A DNA stretch of 64,000 nucleotides from a virus: IMG/VR virus record IMGVR_UViG_3300045125_000156. One strand, written 5' to 3'. The position numbers and the translations under genes were made by a program. The notes beneath the pieces are model-generated. The model made no database searches. It saw only the letters and a program-made list of their open reading frames with translations, and had not been told where the DNA came from. This document shows, one piece after another, positions 44,339-55,910 of this stretch. How positions within the stretch are numbered: position 1 is the stretch's first letter; each line of letters starts with the position of its first letter.

Positions 44339-46437
44339 ATGAGTGAGCCGAGCGCGCCTCACGGCGTGAAAATCCTGACGGCGATGGGCGAGATGATTTT
44401 GAGAATACACCGGCTAGAGTTACTGTCCAAACTTGCCCGCGCCAAAGCGCAAATGGACGCGATGGCCCAGGCCACAAAGGAGTCCCCTCGTGACATGGAC
44501 ATCGGAAACTCCGAGCGCTCCTGAGGCGCTGACGACAATCGGCAATCAAATCACTGCGGAGTTAAACAGCGCCGCTACCACTTTGCGCACGGCAAGCGCG
44601 GCGGCAAGAGCCGCATCTCTTTTCGCGCTGCAGCAGAAGAGGCGGCAGCTACCTTTAGCCAACCTCGCCATTCAAACTGCAATCCGCACGATAAACGGCT
44701 TATTGGACACGTTGCTCGACTCAACCGGCGTTTACGTACTGCCCATCCCGCTACCGAAGCTAGGACTCGCCAAATATTTTCCCACAGATACTCCGCCTCA
44801 ATACAGTCAGTCGTTGTTGGCCCGCCCCAGCGCAGAAGGACAACAGCTCATCAGCGCGCCGACCAATGCCCTAGCCGAACGGCTACCGGGGGCGGCGCAG
44901 GGAGACTTAGAGCAAAACCCTGTCTGGCAGCAGTTCATCAACCCCTCGTCGATGATGCTGGGTGGGAACCCTTACATTCTCAAAACAATCTCAGAGGCCC
45001 TGTACGACCGGCGCGACGTGAACCGACCAAGGCTCACAGGGACCGCGTACTGGGGCTACATGCTCAGCGTCGCCGGGGCGAGCGATGTCACGGCCCTTAT
45101 GAACACGGCTCTTTATTTTAGTCGGTTAATCCGATCCTTAGGGAACAGCAACACCGTCTCCCCTGACGCCGGGCTGTCAGACATTGTTCCTGAAAACGTG
45201 ACCGCCACCCTGTCCGGCCGTGGCGGATTTGCCGTAATCCAATGGGATCCGATCGCCGTAAGCCGGACGCTCCGCAGTTATGACGGCTCTACCGTCACGA
45301 TTACAAAATACGCCGTAATCCGCGCCAAAGGTCTTCAGGCGCGCACTGCGCGCGGAACCGAAGAGCTGTTTACCGGCAACGCGAAAGAGCTGACGCAGGG
45401 GCAGCGGGGTCTGTTTGACGCAGTTGTGCTCAAGGTTGCCGACTACGACAGCGTTACGACGCGGTATGTCGACGAAACCGGACTCGAAGAGAACGCGACG
45501 TACTACTACTTCGTAGCCTTTGCTACAAAAATAACGCCTGCGATTCCGCCGGTGCTTGACGTAAATAACCAGCCCCTGCCGGGCCAGCTGACAACTCAAA
45601 CCCTCGGATTTAGCCGGCTGTCGAGCGCGGCCGAGTTTCGCAAACCTTCACCGCGTGAAAACCCCCAGCTATTGAACGTAAACCGCCTCGGGACCGCGCC
45701 GGACTGGATGAAATGCGCCGGCGCGATTGGCATGGTGCCGCCGCTCAATCGGTTCATAGGACAGCTGCAGGAATTCCTGAATGGGCTAGCGTCCAGGGCG
45801 TCAAACCTTTCCACGGTCAACAACCAGTACATCGCGTTCTTGAATCGCCAGGTCGCGCTCTACGAGAGCCGGGCCACGAGATCTCTCAAAAAATACAAAA
45901 CCTCACCCGCTATTTTGACCCCGGGCAGCTACAGGCCGGACTCCATACGACATTTCGAACGGGCAGCGGCGCTGCCCCGAGCTCGTGGCGGACGTTGCCA
46001 TCGCCCTGGGCGAAAGCAACGATCCTGATTGGCCGCCATTTACTCAAGGCGATGAGTTCGTTACTGGCTTCATGGCGCTGGCCGTCGCCCCAACGCAGCG
46101 GCGATAGACCCCGTAATCGAACTTCTGAAGCTTCTCTTTGCGCCAACAGCGGATGCTGACCCGTGCTCCAGGGAATCGAGTCGATCAACACGGACCTTGC
46201 GGCAGCGGAAGCCAACCTTATCGCGCAGGTACGGGGGTAGCGGCTTGCCCGCAACGCCGGCGAATACATTCAATCAGACTTGACGCCGCGCGCGCCTGGG
46301 CAGGGAGACTCGACGTGCGATTGAAACTGACTACACCCGTAGGCTTTTGCGAAGCCAACACCCTCACAGGTTTGCTCTGGGAAGTAATCCGCCATAGGTT
46401 CGAGCACCTTTTGGCCGGAGATGGATGGGTAGACTGA
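44339..46437 (+). CDS. Putative baseplate or tail proteins (small ORF 44339-44524 plus a large frameshifted ORF)
   Basis: Long ORF 44433-46028 with an Fn3/Ig-like segment (VIQWDP..Y.V.R..YVDE...YYYFV). Confidence 0.5.
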
Positions 46438-46742
46438 TGCCGACATATGACTACGCCTGCGCGAGCGGGCATCGACATGAACACTTCTGCAAGATTGCGG
46501 ATCGCCCCACGCACCGAGAATGTCCGGAGTGCGGCACTAGAGGCGAAGTTCGTCCTGTGCGCCCCGCGATCGTGACCCATATCGTGGTCGACTACCCCGG
46601 CTCCAAGAAGTTCAAGGCGGGGTACATCCGCCTCGCACGGGGATCGCAAGGGGACGAAGATCCAGGTCCGGCGCCGGCGGCAAGGTCACGCCGTCGGACG
46701 AAACGCCCTCGACAGAACGGCGCGATCTGGAGAACCCCTTAG
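46437..46742 (+). CDS. FmdB-family zinc-ribbon protein
   Basis: MPTYDYACASGH..E.......CPECG signature. Confidence 0.75.
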   Translation: MPTYDYACASGHRHEHFCKIADRPTHRECPECGTRGEVRPVRPAIVTHIVVDYPGSKKFKAGYIRLARGSQGDEDPGPAPAARSRRRTKRPRQNGAIWRTP

Positions 46743-47116
46743 GCTGACGGCATGTCGCCGGGCAAGCAGGAGGAAGCTCGACGCTCATCCGCATCAGAGT
46801 TCGGCACCCCGCTCCAGGAATTTACGCAGATGCTCCTGACCGTCGTCGGAAGTCTCACGCCGCGCGGAGAATGACTGGTCAGTCCTAGCCAAAAATTGAA
46901 AAGCGGTTCAAACGCCAGCTCGTTTCCGGTCGAGCCCTCGATGGCCGAAAAGGACATCGAGACCTGATCGGAAGAATCGAGCAGAAGGCGCATGAGCACA
47001 AGCGCGTCTGCGGACACGCCGTTGCTGGCCGTCGCGTCATCTTCTGATGCCCCACCTTCCTCCCGGCGGTCGATGACTCGGATCTCTATTGGGCGGCGTT
47101 TCGTCGTATCAAACAT
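46739..47116 (-). CDS. Hypothetical protein
   Basis: ORF with natural composition (MFDTTKRRPIEIRVID...). Confidence 0.5.
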   Translation of the reverse strand: MFDTTKRRPIEIRVIDRREEGGASEDDATASNGVSADALVLMRLLLDSSDQVSMSFSAIEGSTGNELAFEPLFNFWLGLTSHSPRGVRLPTTVRSICVNSWSGVPNSDADERRASSCLPGDMPSA

Positions 47117-47223
47117 GGCGGGACCATAACCTTGCAGCGGGTTGGAGGCCAAAGAGAAGAGCGCCCCTTGAGAGGGTGCGCCGAACGGCGCGGGGCGGCG
47201 ACCCAGAACGGGTCAGGAACGGG

Positions 47224-48150
47224 TCAGGAGCGGAGGGCGAACTTAGCAAGCTTCAACGCCGAGCCCTTGGAGCGGGCGCCGGCGATGAATCTGCCGGGGT
47301 GGCAGAACACCCCGTCCTCCAAGCCGGTGATGGCGCAGAAGTCTCCGTCCCGGAGGCCGGCCCAAGCCTCCGGGAGGAGCTTTCGAGACTCGAACGTGCC
47401 GGCCCGGGCGTTCACCGGCAACATCCAGGTCCCGGTCTCCGAAGGGAAGACCGTGAACAGGGCGTGCGGGGCGTCATCGCGGACCTGATCGCCCCACGGG
47501 ACGAACCGGTCCAGAACGACGATCGGCCCGTTGGCCGACTGATGGATGGCCCCCGCCACCACCGTCCGGGCGAGAGCCTCGCCGAGGGCGGCCGAGACCG
47601 CGTTGCGCAGGATGGCCTGCGCGACCTCGACCGCCCTCCCGAAGGCGTCGGTGTCTCTGTATTGCTGGTGCCAGCTGGGATTGAACCCGCTGAGCACCGC
47701 CGAGAGGCTAACGGCCGAGACCCCCGGGAAGACGGCCTTGCCGCCTTCGTACAGGTTCTGGCCGTTGTCCAGGGCGTCCACGCCCTGGACGAGATCACGG
47801 TCGACGGCGGCGCCGACCGCCGCACGGTGTTCCTCGGGTACGCCGAGGGCGGTCATGACCCGGGAGGCGTAGTGCCTCCAGATCAGGCCGAAGCTGGAGA
47901 ACAGGATGCCGTTCTCCCGCGCACCAGCGCGGCCCCGCTGGTGATGGTCGAAGCGACCCCGGTCGGGGTCGTACACGGCGCCGACGTCGACCACGACGTC
48001 GGCCTTCGCGAGCCGATCGGCGTCGCGGGTGCGGATGATGATGGCGCCGGGGTGGACGAGCATCAGGGTCGCCACGGCGAGCACGTCGTCGGCGTGGAAC
48101 CGCCGTCGTGCGTCGCGATGACGCACGAGTTGAGGGTGGAATCGATGGGC
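47224..48150 (-). CDS. MYG1/UPF0160-family (DHH-type) protein
   Basis: (TH)DG.FHADD, IIRTRD, VVDVG.VYDP..GRFDHHQ, SSFGLIWRHY, VDALDNG and FCHPGRFIAG. Confidence 0.9.
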   Translation of the reverse strand, partial: AHRFHPQLVRHRDARRRFHADDVLAVATLMLVHPGAIIIRTRDADRLAKADVVVDVGAVYDPDRGRFDHHQRGRAGARENGILFSSFGLIWRHYASRVMTALGVPEEHRAAVGAAVDRDLVQGVDALDNGQNLYEGGKAVFPGVSAVSLSAVLSGFNPSWHQQYRDTDAFGRAVEVAQAILRNAVSAALGEALARTVVAGAIHQSANGPIVVLDRFVPWGDQVRDDAPHALFTVFPSETGTWMLPVNARAGTFESRKLLPEAWAGLRDGDFCAITGLEDGVFCHPGRFIAGARSKGSALKLAKFALRS

Positions 48151-48219
48151 CCAGAAACAGACTGGAGAGTCATGTGAACTTATACCGCATGCCCCCCCAT
48201 TTTTTTACTACCTTCCTTC

Positions 48220-49033
48220 ATGTCGCTCGTCATCAACGGCAAAAAGATCGAGACGCCCGGGCTGCAAACCATCTCGTGGCTTGACGATCCGAAGATCCCA
48301 AAAGCTGCAGACTTCAATCCGCGCGAGATGTGGATTCGCGCCATCGTTCTTCACATGGTGCACGGAAAATCCGGCCGGCTTCTTCCGGGGTTCTCCAAGC
48401 CCTCGTCCCGCGCTAAGGGCTACGCGCGATACCAGGCCAACACAGCGCGCAAGGTTTCGTGGGACTACACCGTCGGCACCGATGGGACGATCATCGCATC
48501 CAACGACCCCGTCAAAACGTACACCTGGCACGCGGGGACGTGAACCCCTACACCGTTGGTATCGAGTTCGTACAAGAAGACAACGGCGATCTCTACGAAG
48601 GCCAGATGGACGTCGTCGTTCGTTTTCTCGACGTCCTCACGCAGAGCTAGCTGACGCCGGACACCCCATCCAGCGGCAGGTGCCCATGACCTCCAACGGC
48701 GAGCCGGTCAAGGGTGTCATCGCTCGCATCGAAAATAACGACAGCGCCAAGCAGGTTGTCGGCATCTACGGCCACCGCAACCAGACGGGGCAAAAACCTG
48801 TCGGCGACCCCGGAGACGCCGTCTTTCACGCGCTCCTCCGCGCCGGCTACAAGGGCTTCAACCTCGACGCCAAAGACGACGTCACTTTCTGGAAAGACGT
48901 GCAAACGCGGCTCGGCGTATCTCCCGCTGACGGCATCCCCGGGCGCGCGACACAGCAAGCGCTCCTCAAGGCCGGCAACCCCCACGGACTCTGGGTAGAG
49001 CGCCCCCGGAGACCGCTGATTTTCACGACGTGA
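48220..49033 (+). CDS. Endolysin: amidase_2 N-acetylmuramoyl-L-alanine amidase plus peptidoglycan-binding domain, frameshifted
   Basis: AIVLH, SWDYTV..DG..WHAG, NPYTVGIE, YGH...K..DPG; C-terminal VQTRLGV..DGIPG.AT..AL. Confidence 0.85.
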
Positions 49034-49053
49034 AAGCCTACACTTAGAGCACC

Positions 49054-49428
49054 ATGGCCAAGATCACGCTGACCGGAAACCTCTTCATTCAGCTCGCAGG
49101 CGAGTCCAAACCGGCGCCGCTGCCCCTGAACCTTGAGCTGGACTACACCGAAAAGTCGCTAGTTGACTACGTCTGGCCCGCAAACCAAACAAACCTTGCG
49201 CTGAGCCAGGGCACCGTCGCCGCGCCGCGCTTTATCGTGGTCGAGGTCACCGAGGGCAACCTTGCTCCTCGACGAGCGCGGCGGGGACAGGGGCCATGCA
49301 GTTCAACGCGAACCCCGCCCCAGGTTGGCGACTCCCCCGCGCGGTATTATGTTCACGTACAACGCAAGCGCGGCGCAATACTACGCAACCACGTCGGGCC
49401 CGACGCGGGCCAAGATCTGGTTCTTTGA
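49054..49428 (+). CDS. Hypothetical, probably structural protein
   Basis: Beta-rich ORF; TACACT 9 nt upstream of the ATG. Confidence 0.5.
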   Translation: MAKITLTGNLFIQLAGESKPAPLPLNLELDYTEKSLVDYVWPANQTNLALSQGTVAAPRFIVVEVTEGNLAPRRARRGQGPCSSTRTPPQVGDSPARYYVHVQRKRGAILRNHVGPDAGQDLVL

Positions 49429-49998
49429 GTGATCCAGGTCGCCGCGTTGTAGCAGACGCGGCACATCGGCGCTGCCATCTCCGCCGCCCCCAGAACCACC
49501 TGTTCCGTTTGCGGCGTGCGGCGATGCGTCATGGTCGCAGTGTCACTGCAGCAGCCCGCACAGACAGCCGTCAGCTTGATCACCGAATCGGCAATCGCAA
49601 GCAGCTGCGGCATCGGGCCAAAGGGCTGTCCCCGGTAATCCCGATCGAGCCCCGAGACATAGACCTGCCGATTCTGCCGCAGAAGCCTTTGAACGTGGTC
49701 AACGAGCCGCGCGTCGAAGAACTGCGCTTCGTCTATAGCCACCACACGCGTCGCGGCTCGAACACGCTCCAGAAGGCTGGAGCGTATCGCCGGAATCCAC
49801 AGCCCAAGCGCCGATACCCAGGGACTCAAGGTCCAGGCCCCCGTGAGAGCGCACGACGCCGATGCCGTTGCGCGTGTCAGACGCTGGAACAAAGACTTGA
49901 GTTGGTAGCGCGGCATAGTGGGCTCGTTTGACGGCGCGGATGAGGGACTCGGTTTTACCCGAGAACATCGGGCCGGTGAAGACTGTCAAACCGCTCAT
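49353..49998 (-). CDS. tdk: Thymidine kinase, frameshifted
   Basis: GPMFSGKT, AIDEAQFF, GLDRDYRGQPF, KLTAVC..C and C-terminal CRVC. Confidence 0.92.
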
Positions 49999-50169
49999 GG
50001 GTCTGCCCGGTGTATCACGCCCGGCTCAGGATTGGGATTCGTCAGGTCGATCTGCGCGTTGTCCTCAAACGCCATGTTGACCCCTGCGCGTCCCGCAGGC
50101 GCTGCATGGCGGGGTCGAGGGGCTTGAAGGGCGTGCGGCCCCGCGCAACGATCCCCAGGTCCTCTCCGC

Positions 50170-50568
50170 TCAGTTTAAATAAACCGTAAGCGTCGAGAAC
50201 AGCGCGGACGGCGTCAGGAGTTCATCGGCCAGTTCCTTTCGGTCTACCAAAAGATAACGAATCATGGCGGCGGCCCGGATAAGAAAGGCTTTGGTCGCGG
50301 CGTAGTCTTTGTTCAGAATTGCCGACTGTGCGTTGCCGACGTCCGCCGACAAACCCATCAAAAGATCATTGAGCGGCGTACGCGCTTCTTCAGATATGAA
50401 GAGAAGATGTAGCGCGTGCATCGTGTGGTCGAACTCACGGCCACGGTCGACCGCCTGCGTCACGTCCATCACGTTGATGTCTCGCGTGCACTCGCACTCC
50501 GGCATGGGCTCCCCCTTGGCGTAACAGGGGATACTCCAGGGGGCTGCCGCAGCGCTCGCAAATTCCAA
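50170..50568 (-). CDS. Hypothetical protein
   Basis: Intact helical ORF with GGGGAG SD before the internal ATG (MPECEC). Confidence 0.5.
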   Translation of the reverse strand: MEFASAAAAPWSIPCYAKGEPMPECECTRDINVMDVTQAVDRGREFDHTMHALHLLFISEEARTPLNDLLMGLSADVGNAQSAILNKDYAATKAFLIRAAAMIRYLLVDRKELADELLTPSALFSTLTVYLN

Positions 50569-50596
50569 ACGTAATGGTGCTCAACGTTTTCCCAAA

Positions 50597-51108
50597 TCAA
50601 TGATGGCGGCGATGCCGGCGATGATGGTGTACGGGCTGCTGTTGCTGCATCCCGCTCATATCCCCCATACCGTACATCATCTGTTGTTGCGCAGCCATCA
50701 TGGCCGGCTGCGTGGCGTGCAGCGCCGGGAACTGCGCGGCGCGCTGTTGGGCGCGTAACCCTTCCTGCTCGTCCCGCGAAGCCTGATACGCGTCGAAAGC
50801 CGCTGACAAGCTCGGGAACTGGTTGGCCAGGAACTCCATGGCCAGCTTCTGAAATATCTCAGGCCGCTGACGGACGAGCGCATGCGCAGCCTCGGACAAT
50901 TTGTAGTTATTCACCCAGCGACTCCCTCGTCGTAGAACGTCCCGTGCGACGATTCCTGCCCCGTGTGGGAGGGCTTACGGTCAACGCGCTTGAAGACCTG
51001 CTGCTTATCGTACTCGATCTCGTTCTGGTTGGCGATATCGTTAAGCCGATACGTGCCGACGTCTTTGTGGACGTTGGTTTGAGGCTCGGCCAGCTTAATG
51101 AAATACAC
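50597..51108 (-). CDS. Two small K-x-A-bearing proteins (50597-50914 and 50911-51108)
   Basis: FQKLAM and MYFIKLAE; overlapping stop/start. Confidence 0.6.
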
Positions 51109-51146
51109 AACTGCAGACGCCGTTTTGAGCCGGTATTAGGCGCGTC

Positions 51147-52520
51147 TCACAGCTTGTACTCCGCAATATTATCCTGCAGCTCTTTATCAAGAAAATATGA
51201 ATGCCACGGTTTGGAAGTGCCGTGCGCGGCAGTCTCAAAGAGGGCGTTATACCGCCCCTTCGTAAAGCTAGGATTTGAATAATAGTTATGGAACTTAGCG
51301 CCCTCCCGCTTAGCTTGTGCGTAACGCCGGGCTGCATCGATATCGGTGCGCCCCGCCGTTTCGCCAAGAAGGCCGCTACGACTTGCAAGTGAGGAGGCTG
51401 TACCTCCTACTGTATATGCGCCCAGAAGTTTAGCGGCGGGAGACGCTTTGGGGTACTTATGCGACAAAAGACCGTACGTAGCGAGCCCCAACCCCAGGGG
51501 CACCGCATACAGCTTATATTTTGCGTAGGGGTCCTCTTCCATAACTTGATCGCGAACTGCTTCATTTAAGCTGTCATGCGCCATCAAAGACATGGCCGCT
51601 ATGCTTCCCAATTGCGCTGCGTTGTTTGGGTGCTTAAGTAGCGCCTTGACCGAAGCCGTCTTATTGCCTTCAACTTGATCGCTAAGCCCTTTGCGATAGC
51701 GATAATACGGATATGCCATGGGCGCGAGTAAAAGCCCCAGCCCCGCCAACGCCTTCAATTTTCCTTGACGCAGGAGCCCCCCAGTTCGAACCGACCGCAT
51801 TTGGGCAGGAGTTCCAGAGGGAATTGCCGATGCGTGCGCAATAAAGTCTTGAGGAGTTCCTGCGCTAGAACTTAACATCCGCTGAAGTTGCATCGGAGGC
51901 AGCTGCGGGTTTATTTTTTTGATTATCTTCTTCTCCGCCGATCGATGCGCGCGGCCTCCAAACGGAAGAACATAGTTGCCTACTTGGCCGTGTTGTTTGA
52001 GAGCGCGGGCCGTTACCTTATCTTCACGATTAAATTGGCGCAGCCAGTCCATCACCTTAACGGCGTGCGGGTCCTGCACGTTCATGCGCTCCGCCAAGAG
52101 CGGTAAAGCCCCGCGTGCGATGCGTGGGCGGCTGACGCGTGTTGCCCAGAAACCACGTTACCTAATTGAACACCCTCGGCCCTTTCGTGCTCTAGCACCG
52201 CCTTGGTAATGGCGGGCCACGCACTCTCCGGGATATTGGGGAGAGGTTTTCCGGATCTTTCCGCGATATTTTTTAAGAACTGGGGGAATTTATCCGGGTC
52301 CATCATGACCGTTCCGGCCACGTTTATGGCGCCCGCCGGCCCTGGATTGAGCGCGCGAGCGCGTCCCCGTGGCGCAGGTACCAATCCGTTAATTTTCTAT
52401 CAAGTTTGGCGCGGCGTTGCACTTGCTCCAGGCGTCTTGAGGGGACTGGCAAACGCTTGATATTGTCTTTTTATGTCGGCGATACCCCCCCCAACGCTGT
52501 TCGTAGCTTGATAACGCTCA
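51147..52520 (-). CDS. Putative internal virion or membrane-associated protein(s)
   Basis: Hydrophobic segments LAGLGLLLAPMAYPY and AVPLGLGLATYGLL; NKTASV motif. Confidence 0.55.
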
Positions 52521-52626
52521 TTTAACTCCTTGCTGGTAGGCGCAAGTCCCGTGCCCGTTGCGCGAGCTCTTTCTCATACTCTTTTTGCCAACGCGCTTTC
52601 GCGGTCTTGGACGTGTATTGAGGCCT

Positions 52627-53124
52627 TCATGCGCTGTGATTCCTCGCGGTATTCGCATACCCCGACGACAAGCCCGCCGAACGCGCGCCCGCATGTTGAT
52701 CTGCACTTTGATCCGCTGCGGCGAGCTCTGGAAACCGCTGGCGGTGCCATTCCGACGCAGCCTGATAGAGCTGATACTTGTCGTCAATCCCAATGGGCTG
52801 CACGTCGCCGTCCTGCACCGTAGCCTGGTTTCGCAGTTGGCGAATGGCCTCAGGGTTCAGGAGGTGCGCTGTGACGCCGTAAAGCAGGACGACGGGCGGA
52901 ATCATCGACTCCGTGAAGATGCCGATGATGGGAGGCAGCGCCGTGTAGAAGTTCACGGTGAACTCAATCGCGTCCTGCACGTCGGCATCGGAAAACTCGA
53001 CGTTGTCGAGCAGGATGTTGATTACGCCCGTGTCCTTTACCTGACCGGCGTAATCTCGCATGAACCGGCGAATCTTATCGCGGCTCAGGATCTGTGTGGT
53101 GGTGGGGGTGCCGACGATAGGCAT
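52627..53124 (-). CDS. Head-tail adaptor or neck-like protein
   Basis: IRRFMRD...NILLD..EFSD..V..AI...V..Y...PP and RNQ....DG pattern. Confidence 0.55.
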   Translation of the reverse strand: MPIVGTPTTTQILSRDKIRRFMRDYAGQVKDTGVINILLDNVEFSDADVQDAIEFTVNFYTALPPIIGIFTESMIPPVVLLYGVTAHLLNPEAIRQLRNQATVQDGDVQPIGIDDKYQLYQAASEWHRQRFPELAAADQSADQHAGARSAGLSSGYANTARNHSA

Positions 53125-53139
53125 ACCCTGAAGGGTAGC

Positions 53140-53646
53140 CTACTCTTCACGCCGTGAAACGATCACTCGTCTGTCGGAAGTCCCGCGCATGCGCGCATAG
53201 AGATCCGGCAAGCGGTTGACCGCTAGTCCGCCTGCGGCTCCAGCGAGAGTCGCCCCGCCAGTGATGGCCAGACGCTTTAGCAAAGCATTGCGGGCAAGGT
53301 TATATCTAGTCGGCGATACTCCCGAAAGCGGCGGGTCGGGAAGCTCGCTATACGCCTGCCTTAGCGCGGGAAACGTCAGGGCCCCCGCCCCGATTCCGCC
53401 CACCCCCATAAGCGCCATGTCCCGGCCGCTCAGCAGGGGCGCAGCTTCTTCAACTTCTTCAGCGGCAACTTTGAAACGATAGTGTCCGACCTTCGGCATT
53501 GGCGGCCTCATTGCGGTTGAAATGGAAGTAGGCGTCGGCACCGGCGGCATCGGCGGCGGAATGTTCGCCCCCGGTGATGGCCCACTCATCGCCGGCGTGC
53601 CCATGGGCTGCGGCATCATGCCGCCGTTGGTCGCGTGTTTTCTCAT
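53140..53646 (-). CDS. Putative internal virion protein (K-x-A motifs, Pro-rich region, glycine zippers)
   Basis: MRKHAT, FKVAAE, GVGGIGAGAL and GGATLAGAAGGLA. Confidence 0.65.
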   Translation of the reverse strand: MRKHATNGGMMPQPMGTPAMSGPSPGANIPPPMPPVPTPTSISTAMRPPMPKVGHYRFKVAAEEVEEAAPLLSGRDMALMGVGGIGAGALTFPALRQAYSELPDPPLSGVSPTRYNLARNALLKRLAITGGATLAGAAGGLAVNRLPDLYARMRGTSDRRVIVSRREE

Positions 53647-53649
53647 GGC

Positions 53650-54529
53650 TCAGGGGTAGGGGTAACCCGCCGTCTTACGGAGGTCAAAGCGGGCTACGCC
53701 TGTGAGGTTATTGGTGACGGAAACGAGCAACGCCTGCTGCGGCTGAAGAATGATGCCTACGTCCGAGAACGCGATGTCCGGGCGGGCGGACGTGAGGTTA
53801 TTCCAGACGAACACCGGTATTGTTTCGCCCGCGATAACTTCGAGGTTTGGATCCAGGTTGGCGCGGCTCACGGTCACGGTCTCCGGGCCGACGCCAACAC
53901 TGTTGAAGAGGCTTTCGAACTGGAACACCAGGATCGGTTCCTGGTTCTCGAAATAAAAGAACCCGCCGGGCGTTGTCGCCGGAAGCGACCAGATGAACTG
54001 ATTGGCGTTTGGGCCTCAGAGCGACGCATCAAACCCCTGGGTGAGGGTTCCCGATGCCGAGCGCGCTCTGCGCTGCAACCACCCCGTTGCCGTTGCCCTC
54101 GTACCGCGCCAAACCGGCAAGTTAGCCGCGTTGATGGCCGCCGCAACCTCTGCCGCTGTCGCCTGGATTCCGCCCCCGGACGTTCGTCGAAGCGTGACGC
54201 GGACCTCGTTTCCAAGGAGCTGCGCGGTCGTCGCCAACACGTTCGTGCCGGCGCCGTTGTCGAACATCGACAGCGTGTAGACGTTGCCAGCGGTTCCGTA
54301 GAGCTTCGCGGAAACGCGAACAACGGTATGTTGCCCCCGGCGCCGCGATCAGCGGAAACCGACCTTTGGCGCGGCCGCACTCGGTCCCAGAAAAAGTCCC
54401 GCCCGCCCCCGAGACGGACTGCTGGACCATGAATGACTGACCGGATTGGATCGGGTACATCTCGATCCAATACTGGCGCGGTTTGACCCGCTCCGTCGTC
54501 GGGCGAATCGAGTCTGGCGGCGTGCTCAT
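53650..54529 (-). CDS. Structural protein with a sheath-type module, frameshifted
   Basis: SAKLYGTAGN..ATAAEVAAAINAA. Confidence 0.5.
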
Positions 54530-55051
54530 TACCGCCGTCATCATCCCCTTGAGCTTGCCCATTTCCTGAAGTAGCTGCTGCTTGAGGCAAGGTGTCGTCG
54601 CGCATGACTTGCTCCATCTGATCGAGCTTCGAGAGCAGCTTTGACTCCATGTCCGTCACCTGGGTCTTGATCTCGCGGTGGATGAGGCCGTCAGAACGTT
54701 GGAATCTCATTGTCAATGATGAGCTTCACGCGCTTGGTCTCTTCCTCCACGACCGTGGGCGTGCGGAGAAAGTGCTGAAGCTCTTTCTCGCGCTCTTCCA
54801 CTTGTTCCCGGCGGTCGTGCCATTCGCGGATCGACGACTGGCGTTCTTTCAGCCGTACGTCGGCCTGGGCGGGGTCGGGTACCAGCGCATGATCTGCTCG
54901 CGGACCAAAGGCGCGATGTTTTTCTCCCAATAGCCGCGCGCATGAGCCCCACCACCACAATCGCCACGCCCGACCCACTCAGTGCCGCGATGACAAGCCC
55001 GCCAACCCCAGACAAGGGCGCAGCGTCTGCCAAAAGGAGTAAAGGATCCAT
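54530..55051 (-). CDS. Membrane-anchored coiled-coil protein (holin- or spanin-like?)
   Basis: N-terminal TM segment GVGGLVIAALSGSGVAIVVVGLM followed by a charged helix. Confidence 0.5.
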
Positions 55052-55071
55052 ATCAGTGTTATGGTAGGCCT

Positions 55072-55330
55072 ATGACGCGCGACGATCTCATCACCCAGCT
55101 CGAAGACTACGGCGCCGAAGTAATCCTGGCCGACGGATTCGAAGATGCACTCATCGGCATCGGCGAACGCTGTGCGTCTGTGCCCGTAGCCATCTACGAC
55201 TACCAAAAAGCGGTAGAGATCCTCTGCGCCCGCGACGGCATGGCCGAAGACGCGGCCGAGGAGTTCCATGCAGTTCAACGTGCTGGGCGCCTACGTAGGC
55301 GAAGCCACGCCGTGGTTTGTCACGTGGGAA
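55072..55330 (+). CDS. Small conserved phage protein
   Basis: ADGFEDALIGIG....AIYDYQKAVEIL...DGM....A.EF..FNVLGAYVGEATPWFV after frameshift repair. Confidence 0.7.
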
Positions 55331-55334
55331 AATT

Positions 55335-55592
55335 TCACGGCGCGAAACCGCTGAACCGGGAGACCTCGGGGGCGACGTCGCGGACGCACCGCTCCAGGTC
55401 CTCGGCGCGCCCCGTCCGGCGAGCAGCGTCCGCGGAGGCGAGGCCCCGGGAGTGCCGTGAGAGCAGATCGGCAGGATCGGCAGCCAGCCGAAGGATCAAC
55501 TCGCTCAAAAGCCCAAGAATCGCGCCCGACGCCGCCAAAGGCAGCGCCGAGTTTGGTGCGACGTCTTGAAACGCGATCCCAGTACCCGTCAC
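55335..55592 (-). CDS. Small membrane protein
   Basis: ALPLAASGAILGLLSELILRL hydrophobic helix. Confidence 0.45.
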   Translation of the reverse strand: MTGTGIAFQDVAPNSALPLAASGAILGLLSELILRLAADPADLLSRHSRGLASADAARRTGRAEDLERCVRDVAPEVSRFSGFAP

Positions 55593-55910
55593 AATCGCGC
55601 CTGACCCAAAAGAACCGGGCGGGCGACGCCCGAGACTTCAGCAGAGCGCACGTGACGGTTCAGGCGCGCCGCACAACGAAAAGCGGGCTCAGTGCAGCGG
55701 CGCTGCTGGAAGGTCGCGCGGATCTGCCCGGCGGTGATGAGCTCAGGGAGCGAGGCGCGCAGCCGAGGAAGAGAAGGAGGGGAGGGCTTTCATGCCCATT
55801 ACGCGACCTGTTCTTGTTGCGGCGGCCTCCTGTGTTCCCCGCAGCGACATGCCGCCGCGCCACCAGCTCCAAGTGCCGCTCCGCCGAGCGGGTAAGCAAG
55901 CCCGCTGTCC

